Part shown: piece after piece, positions 35,695 to 44,802 of the stretch
Position numbering within the stretch: the first letter of the stretch is position 1
How the letters are laid out: each line of letters opens with the position of its first letter
Origin: Lentisphaeria bacterium
GTDB taxonomy: Bacteria > Verrucomicrobiota > Lentisphaeria > Victivallales > Victivallaceae
Assembly (NCBI GenBank): GCA_017456285.1
Contig: JAFTJQ010000069.1
Coordinates: forward strand, 3,380-67,379
Direction: 5' to 3'
Length of the DNA: 64,000 bases
Notes under the pieces: model-generated
Told to the model about the DNA's origin: nothing
Seen by the model: the letters and a program-made list of their open reading frames with translations, nothing else
The model's database searches: none
Translations under genes and position numbers: made by a program

Positions 35695-36921
35695 TTACTT
35701 TCTATTGCTTAGAACGCCAACTAAAATCATTGCCATTGCAATCGGTGCATTAGTCCAACCGCTGTAAATGCTTCCAGCTCCACCCTCGTAGCAGTTTCCG
35801 CCGCCGTAAGATTTTGCCTGACAATCATACATGCCACGCCAGCAGCCTTTGAGTTCAACTCGTTCACTGCCGTCATCCTGAATTGAAGCAAGGAATTTAC
35901 CAAGTTTCTGTGCTGTTTTGAGATACTTCGGATTATTCCAAGCCGCTAAAGCCATACCGCAATAGACCCAGTTGACGGTGTAAATCAAATCAACCAAGTG
36001 TCCGCCGATCGGGGCTTCGTAATGCTCTGCCGGTGGAATACCATACGGATTTTTGTCAATTCTGGTCATTAAACTATTGTAAATTTTATCCGCAAGTTTT
36101 TCGCCTGCTTTGGCATGTTTCGGGAAAAACAACATCGCGCCTGCCAAAATCATTAAGTAACCCAATTCGCTCGAATTAGTAACATCTATTTTTTCGCTTA
36201 TCCAAGCAATGTAGCGGTCAATCGCTTTCTGACACTCCTGATACTCAACTGATTTTTTATCAGAAATATCCTGATAGAGTATGAGTGAAGTCATAACCGG
36301 CACCGCCCAGTGCGGCAATTCCAAACGCCCTGCATAGACTCGATTCGGGTCTTTTTCTGAATCTTTCATCTCTCCCGGATTGTTTTCGTCAAAAACATTA
36401 TTGAAAACTCGAAGCAAGTCAGCGGCAAGGAGTTTACCCCATTTAGTCATCTCATAGGTGCGGTCAAGTTCCTTATCCAGTTTCGCCATAAGCAACTGAA
36501 TAGTGCAGACCCAGCCATTATCGTCAATCCACAAATTGAAGTTGCGTTGAATGTGAGTCCAAGTCCAACCGCCGATAAGTGAACGCTCATCCATGCGATT
36601 CAATAGACCGCTTCGAAAATAGAGAAAGTCCAACAAATCTTTGGCAGTTTTCGCATCCTGCTTTCTATCCATGTATTTACCTGCCAGATAGTAAAGCAAA
36701 GCGACTTCAAAATTGCAATCACTGCGTCTTTGCTCCAGCACTTCCAAACCGTCAGCGTATGAAGTTACCACAGGGAAATGGTCGTGAATCTCCTGCAAAG
36801 CAGTGTTGTTTTTTGTTAAAAGCAATCTCTCTCCGACACCCCATGTGCCTCCTCCCGTCATAATCGGGGAGGAGCGAAACCAATTCATATTGCGGATGGC
36901 ACTACGAAAATAAGTATTCAT
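35695..36921 (-). CDS. hypothetical protein, possibly (alpha/alpha)-barrel glycan-active enzyme
   Basis: 408-aa ORF in tight operon spacing, no signal peptide, helix-rich with repeated W/Y-rich segments. No family recognised with certainty. Confidence 0.4.
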   Translation of the reverse strand: MNTYFRSAIRNMNWFRSSPIMTGGGTWGVGERLLLTKNNTALQEIHDHFPVVTSYADGLEVLEQRRSDCNFEVALLYYLAGKYMDRKQDAKTAKDLLDFLYFRSGLLNRMDERSLIGGWTWTHIQRNFNLWIDDNGWVCTIQLLMAKLDKELDRTYEMTKWGKLLAADLLRVFNNVFDENNPGEMKDSEKDPNRVYAGRLELPHWAVPVMTSLILYQDISDKKSVEYQECQKAIDRYIAWISEKIDVTNSSELGYLMILAGAMLFFPKHAKAGEKLADKIYNSLMTRIDKNPYGIPPAEHYEAPIGGHLVDLIYTVNWVYCGMALAAWNNPKYLKTAQKLGKFLASIQDDGSERVELKGCWRGMYDCQAKSYGGGNCYEGGAGSIYSGWTNAPIAMAMILVGVLSNRK

Positions 36922-36922
36922 T

Positions 36923-39685
36923 TTATTTTGACACCTTTACTAATTGTTCCATTAAATCAGCCAATTTGCTTTTGAATTTAAGCAAATCCTTGTCAGTAAT
37001 ATTGCAAGTACGGGCATTTCCTGACCACTCAAGTTTGAGCATATCCAAAATTTTCCTGCTTGCTTCATGGTTCGGATTTGCTTTGGCAAGTTCCTCTGCA
37101 TAAGTCAGGTAACGACCGTCATTATAACTCTCACGCAAAAGTTCCATTCTCAATGACGGAATAAGTTGATTATCCTCACGATACATCAATATACCGTCCG
37201 CAGGGGCTCTGCGGGTTGAAGTCCACGGCTTTGTATCATAAACCATTCCGGTACCGTAGTGGAGTTCCCAGAGGAAAGTTGATTCAAGTCCCAGTTGATA
37301 CATTTTGTAGAAATGCAATCTCAAACCGACATTATTGGGATAATTCATCATATTGAATGAAATTGGTGAAAAATCATTATTCCAATACCAGCCGACACGC
37401 TTGCCGCGGGATTTCAAGCCCTCAATATCGCAAAGAACATTGTCGCCGGGGAAGTAGTTGCTATTGAAAATAAAGTAATCGACTATCTTTTCACCGCCGG
37501 GGACATCATCTCCGTGATTCGGGAAGCAGTAGCAAGTCATGAGCTTCATGCCTGTCAATTTTTTAAGTTCAGTAAGCAAATTAATAAGTTCTGAATTATC
37601 CGGCTTCATTTTAAAAACTCTCTCCAACTGCCACGGAGTTTCAAGTTCGTCGTAATAAATATAAGTCTCTTTGCTTGCTTCGGGCTTAATTTTTTTGACA
37701 ATTTCCGCATCTTTTTCAAAGAATGGGAACTTATCTCTGACAAATGCTTCGGCACTGTCAAATTTACGATTTTTGACATACGGATAGATGTTTTTCAACC
37801 AGCCGTAGTACCACGGCAGAGAACCTGAAAATACCAAATTGAACTTGTCATACATCGCTTCCCATTCAGGATAAAGTCCCCATTTCTCCTCATCAAGCCA
37901 TTCGGGACGGCTGTTTCCGGTATGAGGCATAAATCCGTAGTCAATAATGATATTACGCATAGTGTGATTCAATTCATCTTCGGTAATATTTTTGAATTGA
38001 CCATACTTAATCCACGGCTTTGCCATGTAAGACATAAAGACAAACATCTTCGGTTTAGCGGGCAAATTAAAGTTGCGGACTTTCAAAGTTACCGGAACTG
38101 TAATTTCTGAACCGTCGCTGTCTGCAACGACGAATTTTCCCTTGTAAATACCGGCTTTGGTATCTCTCGGCACTTTGACGGTTGCAAAATAACTTATTGA
38201 GTTATCCGCCACGGTCAAGTCGGTAGTTAAATGCTTACTCAATGGGTCGGGAAAAATTCCCTCTCCTTTTATTTCAAAGTCAAGTACCCGATGAACGCTC
38301 AAATTTGCTTTATCAAAATTCTCAATTGAAAATTCTTTCACGGTCAAATTTTTAACATCTTTGTCAAAAGGCATAACTCTAACTTGAAAACTTGCAGTTT
38401 CATCACCTGCGGCATCGAGTGAAACGCTCTGGGGAAGCGGCATTTTTTCTTCCAGAATTTTTCCGCTTGCTTCTTTATTCATAGATGAAGCAGTATAGAG
38501 GAAAAAGTTTTTCTTGAAAAAATCTTTTTTATTCGCATTCGCCACTGCCATGAAGCGGTGAAGAGTCTTTTTATTTTCTTCAAGAACTTTGGCAGGATTC
38601 TGGGCGTTTTCAAGTTCAGCTTTTAAATTCTTAAAATATTCAACTTTGGTTTTTGCATAGAGTTTATCAAGTACCTCAAACAGCCCTTTAACTGAATTTC
38701 CGGCATAACGGTATTCAGGTGATCTCCAAAGCACCTCTTCGCCGTTGCGAATTTCGAAGTAAAATGGGATGCTGTGATTAACATAAGTAAAATTAAAATC
38801 CACCTTATTTACACCGACATCCAATTTGATTGTGCCGATTTTGCTGTCAATTTTAGCACTTCTGCAAACATACAAATCGCCTGCGATAGCATCTTTGCCC
38901 AAGTTGCGAAGTGTAAAAGTCTTGCTGAACTTAAATGAATCAGCAGTAAAAATATCAGGCATATCAACTGCGACAGATGATTTATTCAAAATCACTTTTG
39001 CATATTGACTCCAGTTGTGGAAACTATCTCCGATTTGAGATGCCGCAGCATACTCATCAAATTCCGCATTGCCACGACCGATCAAAGCAACAAAACTTCT
39101 ATCAGGGTAAATCGGCACTTGTGATAATGGAATTGCCATCTCCATGAACCATCTGCCCTCACCATTAGAGACGGCGACTTTGACATCTTTCATATTGATA
39201 GTAACTTTTTCCGCATTGCGGTTATGGAAATCAGTTTGACCGAAGCGATCAACGAAAATCGCCTGACATGAACCTGAAGCCGCCCCTACTCCCGCAGAGA
39301 AAATTCCGGTGCTGAAAGCAAATTCCATACCGTCATTTTCCCAGCAGAAACGTTTAGCTGTGCCTCCGGGGACATTGGGATTAACTGCTTCAATTCCGTA
39401 ATATAAATAATTATCATCAGCGGCAAGTTTTACATAAGTCGGATATTTTTCTTCGGTGCGGTTATATTGAGCGGCACATTTACCGAGAAGAAACATCTTA
39501 ATATTCTGTGAATTTTTCCACAATGGTTCATCAAGTTTGCCGTCAATTACAATTTCACTATTACTATAAGGAACATTTACTGAACTTTTTTGTTCAATCA
39601 AAACCTCTCTTGCCAAGCTATGTTGAGCAGCAAATAGTCCCGAAAAAAGACAAAGTCCCCCTATAACCCTATTTAAAATCTTCAT
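36923..39685 (-). CDS. secreted CBM9-like domain protein, putative glycoside hydrolase (DUF4091-like C-terminal region; uncertain)
   Basis: Signal peptide MKILNRVIGGLCLFSGLFAAQHSLA. VIDGKLDEPLWKNS CBM9-like motif. 920 aa. Confidence 0.4.
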   Translation of the reverse strand: MKILNRVIGGLCLFSGLFAAQHSLAREVLIEQKSSVNVPYSNSEIVIDGKLDEPLWKNSQNIKMFLLGKCAAQYNRTEEKYPTYVKLAADDNYLYYGIEAVNPNVPGGTAKRFCWENDGMEFAFSTGIFSAGVGAASGSCQAIFVDRFGQTDFHNRNAEKVTINMKDVKVAVSNGEGRWFMEMAIPLSQVPIYPDRSFVALIGRGNAEFDEYAAASQIGDSFHNWSQYAKVILNKSSVAVDMPDIFTADSFKFSKTFTLRNLGKDAIAGDLYVCRSAKIDSKIGTIKLDVGVNKVDFNFTYVNHSIPFYFEIRNGEEVLWRSPEYRYAGNSVKGLFEVLDKLYAKTKVEYFKNLKAELENAQNPAKVLEENKKTLHRFMAVANANKKDFFKKNFFLYTASSMNKEASGKILEEKMPLPQSVSLDAAGDETASFQVRVMPFDKDVKNLTVKEFSIENFDKANLSVHRVLDFEIKGEGIFPDPLSKHLTTDLTVADNSISYFATVKVPRDTKAGIYKGKFVVADSDGSEITVPVTLKVRNFNLPAKPKMFVFMSYMAKPWIKYGQFKNITEDELNHTMRNIIIDYGFMPHTGNSRPEWLDEEKWGLYPEWEAMYDKFNLVFSGSLPWYYGWLKNIYPYVKNRKFDSAEAFVRDKFPFFEKDAEIVKKIKPEASKETYIYYDELETPWQLERVFKMKPDNSELINLLTELKKLTGMKLMTCYCFPNHGDDVPGGEKIVDYFIFNSNYFPGDNVLCDIEGLKSRGKRVGWYWNNDFSPISFNMMNYPNNVGLRLHFYKMYQLGLESTFLWELHYGTGMVYDTKPWTSTRRAPADGILMYREDNQLIPSLRMELLRESYNDGRYLTYAEELAKANPNHEASRKILDMLKLEWSGNARTCNITDKDLLKFKSKLADLMEQLVKVSK

Positions 39686-39720
39686 TTTTTATTCCTTTTT
39701 ATAAGTTTTTTGAACTTATT

Positions 39721-40461
39721 TTACTTTAAGTCAACCCATTTCCAGTCGTAGAACATCGGCTTCCAGTAGGTGTATGATTTCTCACAAACAACTTCGCCGT
39801 CCAAAGCCTCGGTGTGACCGTCAAACATCAGGAAATTAATCTTGCTGTCGTGACGATTCTCCATCGGCGACCAACCGCTTCCGGCATGGACAGTAGAGTC
39901 ATTGACATCATAGTAACCGCCTCTCGCAGAAATAAGGAAAGATGATCTGCCCTTGACTGCACTTTTAGTTTTAGTCGCATTTGAAGCAGAATCTCCGACA
40001 AAAATATGTGCTTCGGGTTTCTGTCCGTGTTCTGCTAACTCATCACGGGTGAAGCGAATTTTTTTCGCATGGCTGTAATTATCCATAACCGCTTCATAGT
40101 GCATACCGTAGGACTGCTGCAAATAAGAGTCCGCATTGGCAGGCTTTTTGCCGAAAGCATAAGTATCTTTCGCCGCAGGACAAATCAGCATATCGGGGTC
40201 AAGTTTGTAGTTGTACCACAAGTAATAAACCCAATTCTGCATAATGTCTCGATCATAAATACGGTAAGCCGCCAAGTAATGACCGTCATTCTCATCTGCA
40301 TAGTGCATTAAATAGACATAGATATTTTTGAGATTATTGTCGCAACTTGCTTTCATTGCACCGTTTTTGGCATTCACACAAGTCGGCAAAACGAGTGTGA
40401 ATGCAACAATGAAAACAGCAATAATACAAATAAGTTCAACTAATGTGAATTTATGTTTCAT
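39721..40461 (-). CDS. divergent prepilin-type N-terminal / H-X9-DG pseudopilin-like protein P2
   Basis: MKHKFTLVELICIIAVFIVAF and RH-DSKINFLMF-DG. Confidence 0.8.
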   Translation of the reverse strand: MKHKFTLVELICIIAVFIVAFTLVLPTCVNAKNGAMKASCDNNLKNIYVYLMHYADENDGHYLAAYRIYDRDIMQNWVYYLWYNYKLDPDMLICPAAKDTYAFGKKPANADSYLQQSYGMHYEAVMDNYSHAKKIRFTRDELAEHGQKPEAHIFVGDSASNATKTKSAVKGRSSFLISARGGYYDVNDSTVHAGSGWSPMENRHDSKINFLMFDGHTEALDGEVVCEKSYTYWKPMFYDWKWVDLK

Positions 40462-40483
40462 GTTATTTCCCTCTTATGAGAAA

Positions 40484-41266
40484 TTAATCGCGTGTTTCCC
40501 ATTTCCAGTTAAAGTAACGAGGCTTCCAAACTGCATAATTATCAGCCATTAAAGCATTTTTATCTAATGATGTAGTATGTCCGTCAAACATTACAACATT
40601 ACATTTTCCACCATGGCGAAGTGCGGCAGGATATGCTTGTGCAGGAGTAAGATTTTTCTCGATAACAGTATTGGTATCATAATCATATAAGCCGCCATTT
40701 GCATTTACTACCATAGTAATGTCAGTATTTGGACTATCTAAAGCAGTTTTTGTCTTTGAAGCATCTGCAGGAGTATCAGCAGCATAAATTAAATCAGACA
40801 TACTTGCCTTTTTCCCTGACAAGGTATCGGAAGTAAAATATTCAACATAAACATGTCCTGCCAGTTTTGTACCATATCCATGAGCAATAGCGGCTTCATG
40901 TATGCCGTAAGAATAGCTTCTTCCTGCATCTTTTCCGGACGGAATATTATCTGCGGGATAGGCATCACTTGCTGATGGACAAACAAAGCCTTTAAACGGT
41001 GCTCCATAAAGAGAATTACATAACATTGCATATGATGATCCTGTTGATTTGGCATAGACATTATAAGGAGGCAAGAAATAACCGTTAAAATCATTTTGAT
41101 AGAATGCGTTATAAGTTCCGAGTTGTTTCAAATTGTTTGTACAAGAAATTGCACGTGCTTTTTCACGGGCTTTGTTAAGTGCGGGAAGCAACATTCCTGC
41201 GAGAATCGCAATGATTGCAATGACAACCAACAATTCAATTAATGTGAAATACAATGATTTTTTCAT
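40484..41266 (-). CDS. prepilin-type N-terminal / H-X9-DG pseudopilin-like protein P3
   Basis: [42 protein letters not shown] and [13 protein letters not shown]. Confidence 0.85.
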   Translation of the reverse strand: MKKSLYFTLIELLVVIAIIAILAGMLLPALNKAREKARAISCTNNLKQLGTYNAFYQNDFNGYFLPPYNVYAKSTGSSYAMLCNSLYGAPFKGFVCPSASDAYPADNIPSGKDAGRSYSYGIHEAAIAHGYGTKLAGHVYVEYFTSDTLSGKKASMSDLIYAADTPADASKTKTALDSPNTDITMVVNANGGLYDYDTNTVIEKNLTPAQAYPAALRHGGKCNVVMFDGHTTSLDKNALMADNYAVWKPRYFNWKWETRD

Positions 41267-41301
41267 TTTTTTCGTTCCTTTCGTTGTTTTTTTTACCTAA
41301 T

Positions 41302-41327
41302 ATTTGCAGTAATTTCTCTCTGCAAAT
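41302..41327. promoter_or_regulatory. perfect 8-bp inverted repeat in the leader of P3
   Basis: ATTTGCAG-N10-CTGCAAAT. It shares the half-site ATTTGCAG with the direct repeats upstream of the GH38 gene. Confidence 0.3.
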
Positions 41328-41404
41328 ACCCGAAAATTTGAACTTAATTTTGGTTTTGGTTATTCAAATTTTCTTCTCTTAATTTCGTTTTTGCAATATT
41401 TTAT

Positions 41405-41438
41405 TTTCACCGCAATTGAAGTAAGGGTCATCACTTCA
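41405..41438 (-). promoter_or_regulatory. conserved stem-loop plus GTGAAA element, copy 2 (upstream of P3)
   Basis: Sense strand tgaagtga-TGACCC-ttacttca-attgcg-GTGAAA, 138 nt upstream of the ATG. Confidence 0.5.
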
Positions 41439-41563
41439 GAATTGACTTAAAAATTTTTAACTGCAAAAACTTAACTTGCTTGGTATTTAACCAATTTGCA
41501 CTTTTATAAGGTTTTAACCCCCTTTCTTGTTTTCGTTAATATTAGAAATAACTATACTTTATA

Positions 41564-43594
41564 CTACTTTTCAAAAGTATAAATAAAAACGCTTCCAAGC
41601 CGCCCTGCTCCGCCGACAGCAACTTTGCTTCCGTCAGAATTTACTGCGACACAACTTAATTCAGTATTTGAAGTAATAACTTCATGCGGAATCTCTTTGC
41701 AGACCCGCCCCAAGTCACGCAAACCTCTTTTGCCGTCATAAGCTACCAAATGCCCCAAATCATCAGCATCACCCATTACCGCATAGGCAACTAACCCGTC
41801 CGCAGAAACTGCGATGTCATGCACTTCACCCTCGGCACCGACTGCACCGAGAGCAAAAACGCTTCCGTCAGCCACATTCACCAGCGAAAACACGCCGTCT
41901 TTACTTCCGACGAAGTATCTGCCATCTGCCATAACTCCTGCCGCAGTTGCTTCGGAAAGGAACTTTCTCCCTGCCCGATACGGCAATTCAATATCAGAAT
42001 CAAATTTCGGCAAAACTTTTGCGTCAAAATCGATTTTTTCAGCAGTTTCAGCATATTCGCCATTTTCAAACTTAAATGTTTTGCCCCCGACTTCGGCATA
42101 AACAACGTCGCCAACAAATTTAATATTCTTAATTGTATGGTCAGAATCACTTTCAAGTTTCTCCCAAACCTTGAATGCCTGACACTCTGCAAACTCAACT
42201 CGACTTTGTGCATTTGCACTACGCCAAGCCGAATCTTCAATCATATATTTGCGGAAAGCAAAATACTTTTCAGTCACTTTATCATAATCGCCCAATGGAT
42301 AATAATCTTTGCCGTCAACAAATGAACAATAGTTCCACGGATCTCGACTCTTTTCTTTCGCTTCATTGCGTTTTGCATAAATTTGTCGCAAATCAAGCGC
42401 CATCATCCATGACATATCCTCTCCGTGATTTCCGCTCGGCACATAGAGAATATCATTTTTATCAATTCCGACATGGCAAACTGTTCCGGCAGTCATTTCT
42501 GTATCACCGACAACCCCCATAAATTCAGGTTCTTTACCATTCAGAAAATCGTAGCGGAAGAGATGCAAAATTCCACCGGGATAACAATTTGCACTCTCTC
42601 TGACAACCATATACCACAAAACATTATTTGAATCAAAAGCATGACCTTTCTGTAATTGCGGCGGAGTATTCCGCCAATCTCCGCGGGGTGCAAGCGATGC
42701 AGCGACTTCAAAACTCTCTTTATCAGGGTCTAAACAATAGAGTTTGTCGCTGAAGTGCATACTGAAATAGCACTTGCCGTCCTTGCCGACTTCCCAGTGA
42801 GCAATCAACCTGTGTAAATCCCAATTGTACAAATCCTCCGCTTCTCCTCCGGCAATTCCCAAGTCCTTGATTTCCAAAGTATCAATATCAATTCGCCAAA
42901 TATGTCCGCTGCGGCTGGAGGTATAAATTCCATTTCTATTATCAGAAAAAACCCCGTAAGACCCCATTTCGGTAGTCTGCCCCAAATTCATAACGGACAT
43001 ATTATTTAAGTCAATCCGATAAAGATTTCCTTTGAGGAAAGTTGTACAGAAAAAAGCATTATGCTTCGCATCATAACATCCCCCGTAAATTGAATCGTGC
43101 TTAACCGGAATACCTAAATTCTTTACACTGCCGTCAGCAGGATTATAGATAATTAAGTGCGACCCCTGATATGCCTCATGAATATGCTCATACATTGAGT
43201 CAAAAAGCCAATAAGGATGCTTCGGCGAACGAGCGGTGGTGTGAGTAGTCATCAAAATTCTGCCGTCGGGCAATTCGGTGAGTGAAGTATGAATTTTACT
43301 CGGCGGGATCTCCCTCGGATTAACAAAAAATTCTTCACTTGCATCGAAAATAAACTTCAACTCTCCACTCAAAGTATCATAATGAAATAATCTAACTGAT
43401 AATGGTTGAGATAATTCTCCGCATAATGCCACATACGCATCACGCTCATTTTTGCATAACATAAAGTCCCAAATTGCATTATGCTTGCTGTCGGAAGGAA
43501 ATTTTTTCTGCCTAACAGTACCGCTCGGCAAGAGATCAAAAAACTCCTTCGGCATATCTTTGCAAAAATATTTTTCTTTTAATTCAGCACTCAT
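41564..43594 (-). CDS. hypothetical cytoplasmic protein, beta-propeller-like
   Basis: 676-aa ORF, no signal peptide. Repeated short beta-strand-like segments (GxIYxxxxxGHIWRID-type). No family recognised. Confidence 0.45.
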   Translation of the reverse strand: MSAELKEKYFCKDMPKEFFDLLPSGTVRQKKFPSDSKHNAIWDFMLCKNERDAYVALCGELSQPLSVRLFHYDTLSGELKFIFDASEEFFVNPREIPPSKIHTSLTELPDGRILMTTHTTARSPKHPYWLFDSMYEHIHEAYQGSHLIIYNPADGSVKNLGIPVKHDSIYGGCYDAKHNAFFCTTFLKGNLYRIDLNNMSVMNLGQTTEMGSYGVFSDNRNGIYTSSRSGHIWRIDIDTLEIKDLGIAGGEAEDLYNWDLHRLIAHWEVGKDGKCYFSMHFSDKLYCLDPDKESFEVAASLAPRGDWRNTPPQLQKGHAFDSNNVLWYMVVRESANCYPGGILHLFRYDFLNGKEPEFMGVVGDTEMTAGTVCHVGIDKNDILYVPSGNHGEDMSWMMALDLRQIYAKRNEAKEKSRDPWNYCSFVDGKDYYPLGDYDKVTEKYFAFRKYMIEDSAWRSANAQSRVEFAECQAFKVWEKLESDSDHTIKNIKFVGDVVYAEVGGKTFKFENGEYAETAEKIDFDAKVLPKFDSDIELPYRAGRKFLSEATAAGVMADGRYFVGSKDGVFSLVNVADGSVFALGAVGAEGEVHDIAVSADGLVAYAVMGDADDLGHLVAYDGKRGLRDLGRVCKEIPHEVITSNTELSCVAVNSDGSKVAVGGAGRLGSVFIYTFEK

Positions 43595-43655
43595 TTTTTT
43601 TACTTTCCCTAATTTTTTTATATTTCCTAATACGAATAGGAAAATCTCTATATAT

Positions 43656-43683
43656 ATTATAGCTCAACTTTTTTAAATGTCAA
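43656..43683 (-). promoter_or_regulatory. near-consensus sigma70 promoter
   Basis: Sense strand ctaTTGACAttt-(N16 spacer)-TATAAT, the same extended -35 context as the P1 and P5 promoters. Confidence 0.55.
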
Positions 43684-43758
43684 TAGCAAAAAGGGAATTT
43701 TTTTTTAATTTTTTTAAAAATTGAATTGTATAAAGGGAAAAGCCGGATAATTCCACAA

Positions 43759-43794
43759 TAAAAAAGCGTGTTGTTTTGAACCAAAACAACACGC
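43759..43794 (-). terminator. rho-independent terminator of pseudopilin gene P4
   Basis: Sense strand GCGTGTTGTTTT-ggttc-AAAACAACACGC followed by a T-run. 12-bp perfect stem. Confidence 0.75.
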
Positions 43795-43832
43795 CAAGGA
43801 GAATAGATTTCAATGAAATCTACTTTAGTTTT

Positions 43833-44570
43833 TTAGAAAGTATCACCCTCTTCATAGATGTAACCTGCTTGTCCTGCACGGTGTCCGCCGAAGTCCCAAG
43901 CAGTTGCAGTTCCACCCTGAATCTGTTTTTTGGTGAGTGCTTCAACGTGACCGTCAAGCATTGCTGCATTAGCTTTGTTGTTATGACGGCAGTGAATTGC
44001 ACGAGCAGCCTGACCGCCTACACCGTCAGACCACTGCATTTTGTTGTAAGTGGTATTGGTGGTAACTGAGTCGATGAAAAGAATGTTGCTTGCAGTTGAT
44101 TTCGGCCAGTAGATAGCCTGTGAATACACTTGAGCATTGCCGGCAAAGTTTTCCATAAGCACGAAAACTGTACGGTTACATGAACCGTAAGCACCATTTA
44201 CATAAAAGAGGGTCGGATCTCCGGCATATTTAGCGCCTGAATGCCATGCAGGGCAAGCGAGCCAACCTTGCGGAACGACATAGTCTACACGGTCAGTGGC
44301 GTTATTCTGAATATAACCTGCACGAGCAAGAATTTTCGGCCAAGCCTTCATAGTTGTATTATCCAAACCATTGGCAATCAAAAGTCCGTTGTGATCGCCT
44401 GCATAAAACATAACATACTGCGAACACTGTTTGAGGTTGCTTTTACAACTTGCTGAACGAGCGGAAGCACGGGCTTTGTTGAGAGCCGGAAGCAACATTC
44501 CTGCAAGAATCGCAATGATTGCAATGACCACCAACAATTCAATTAAGGTGAAATTAAAGATTTTTTTCAT
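43833..44570 (-). CDS. prepilin-type N-terminal / H-X9-DG pseudopilin-like protein P4
   Basis: [42 protein letters not shown] and [13 protein letters not shown]. Confidence 0.85.
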   Translation of the reverse strand: MKKIFNFTLIELLVVIAIIAILAGMLLPALNKARASARSASCKSNLKQCSQYVMFYAGDHNGLLIANGLDNTTMKAWPKILARAGYIQNNATDRVDYVVPQGWLACPAWHSGAKYAGDPTLFYVNGAYGSCNRTVFVLMENFAGNAQVYSQAIYWPKSTASNILFIDSVTTNTTYNKMQWSDGVGGQAARAIHCRHNNKANAAMLDGHVEALTKKQIQGGTATAWDFGGHRAGQAGYIYEEGDTF

Positions 44571-44719
44571 TTTTTTGTCTCCTTGTTATTAGTTTTTTTG
44601 TGTTTTTTGACTGCCGTAAATTAGACAGTCCGGATTTATTTTTGAGTTTATTTATTTCCTTTTTCCTCCTTTTTGTTATATTCAGCATTGGTTAATGCCG
44701 AAATGGTTAATATTTATTA

Positions 44720-44754
44720 CTTCACAATAATAGAACTTACGGTTGTATGTTCTA
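44720..44754 (-). promoter_or_regulatory. conserved stem-loop plus GTGAAG element, copy 3 (upstream of P4)
   Basis: Sense strand agaacatac-AACC-gtaagttct-attatt-GTGAAG. The stem sequence differs from the other copies but pairing is kept. Confidence 0.45.
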
Positions 44755-44802
44755 TACTTTATTGTTTTTTTCCAAATTCTCCGTACCTATTGAAGTTATT
44801 GA

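Noticed and set aside
41819-42325. Long antisense or alternative-frame ORFs inside well-supported genes (for example 41819-42325, 41814-42101, 12027-12485, 6745-7095, 24992-25396, 63448-63753)
   Set aside because: Each lies completely within a longer ORF. Most host ORFs have clear family motifs; the 676-aa propeller-like host of the 41.8-kb ORFs is only a long, well-promoted hypothetical. The internal ORFs lack RBS-like sequences and have low-complexity or stop-poor composition typical of shadow ORFs.
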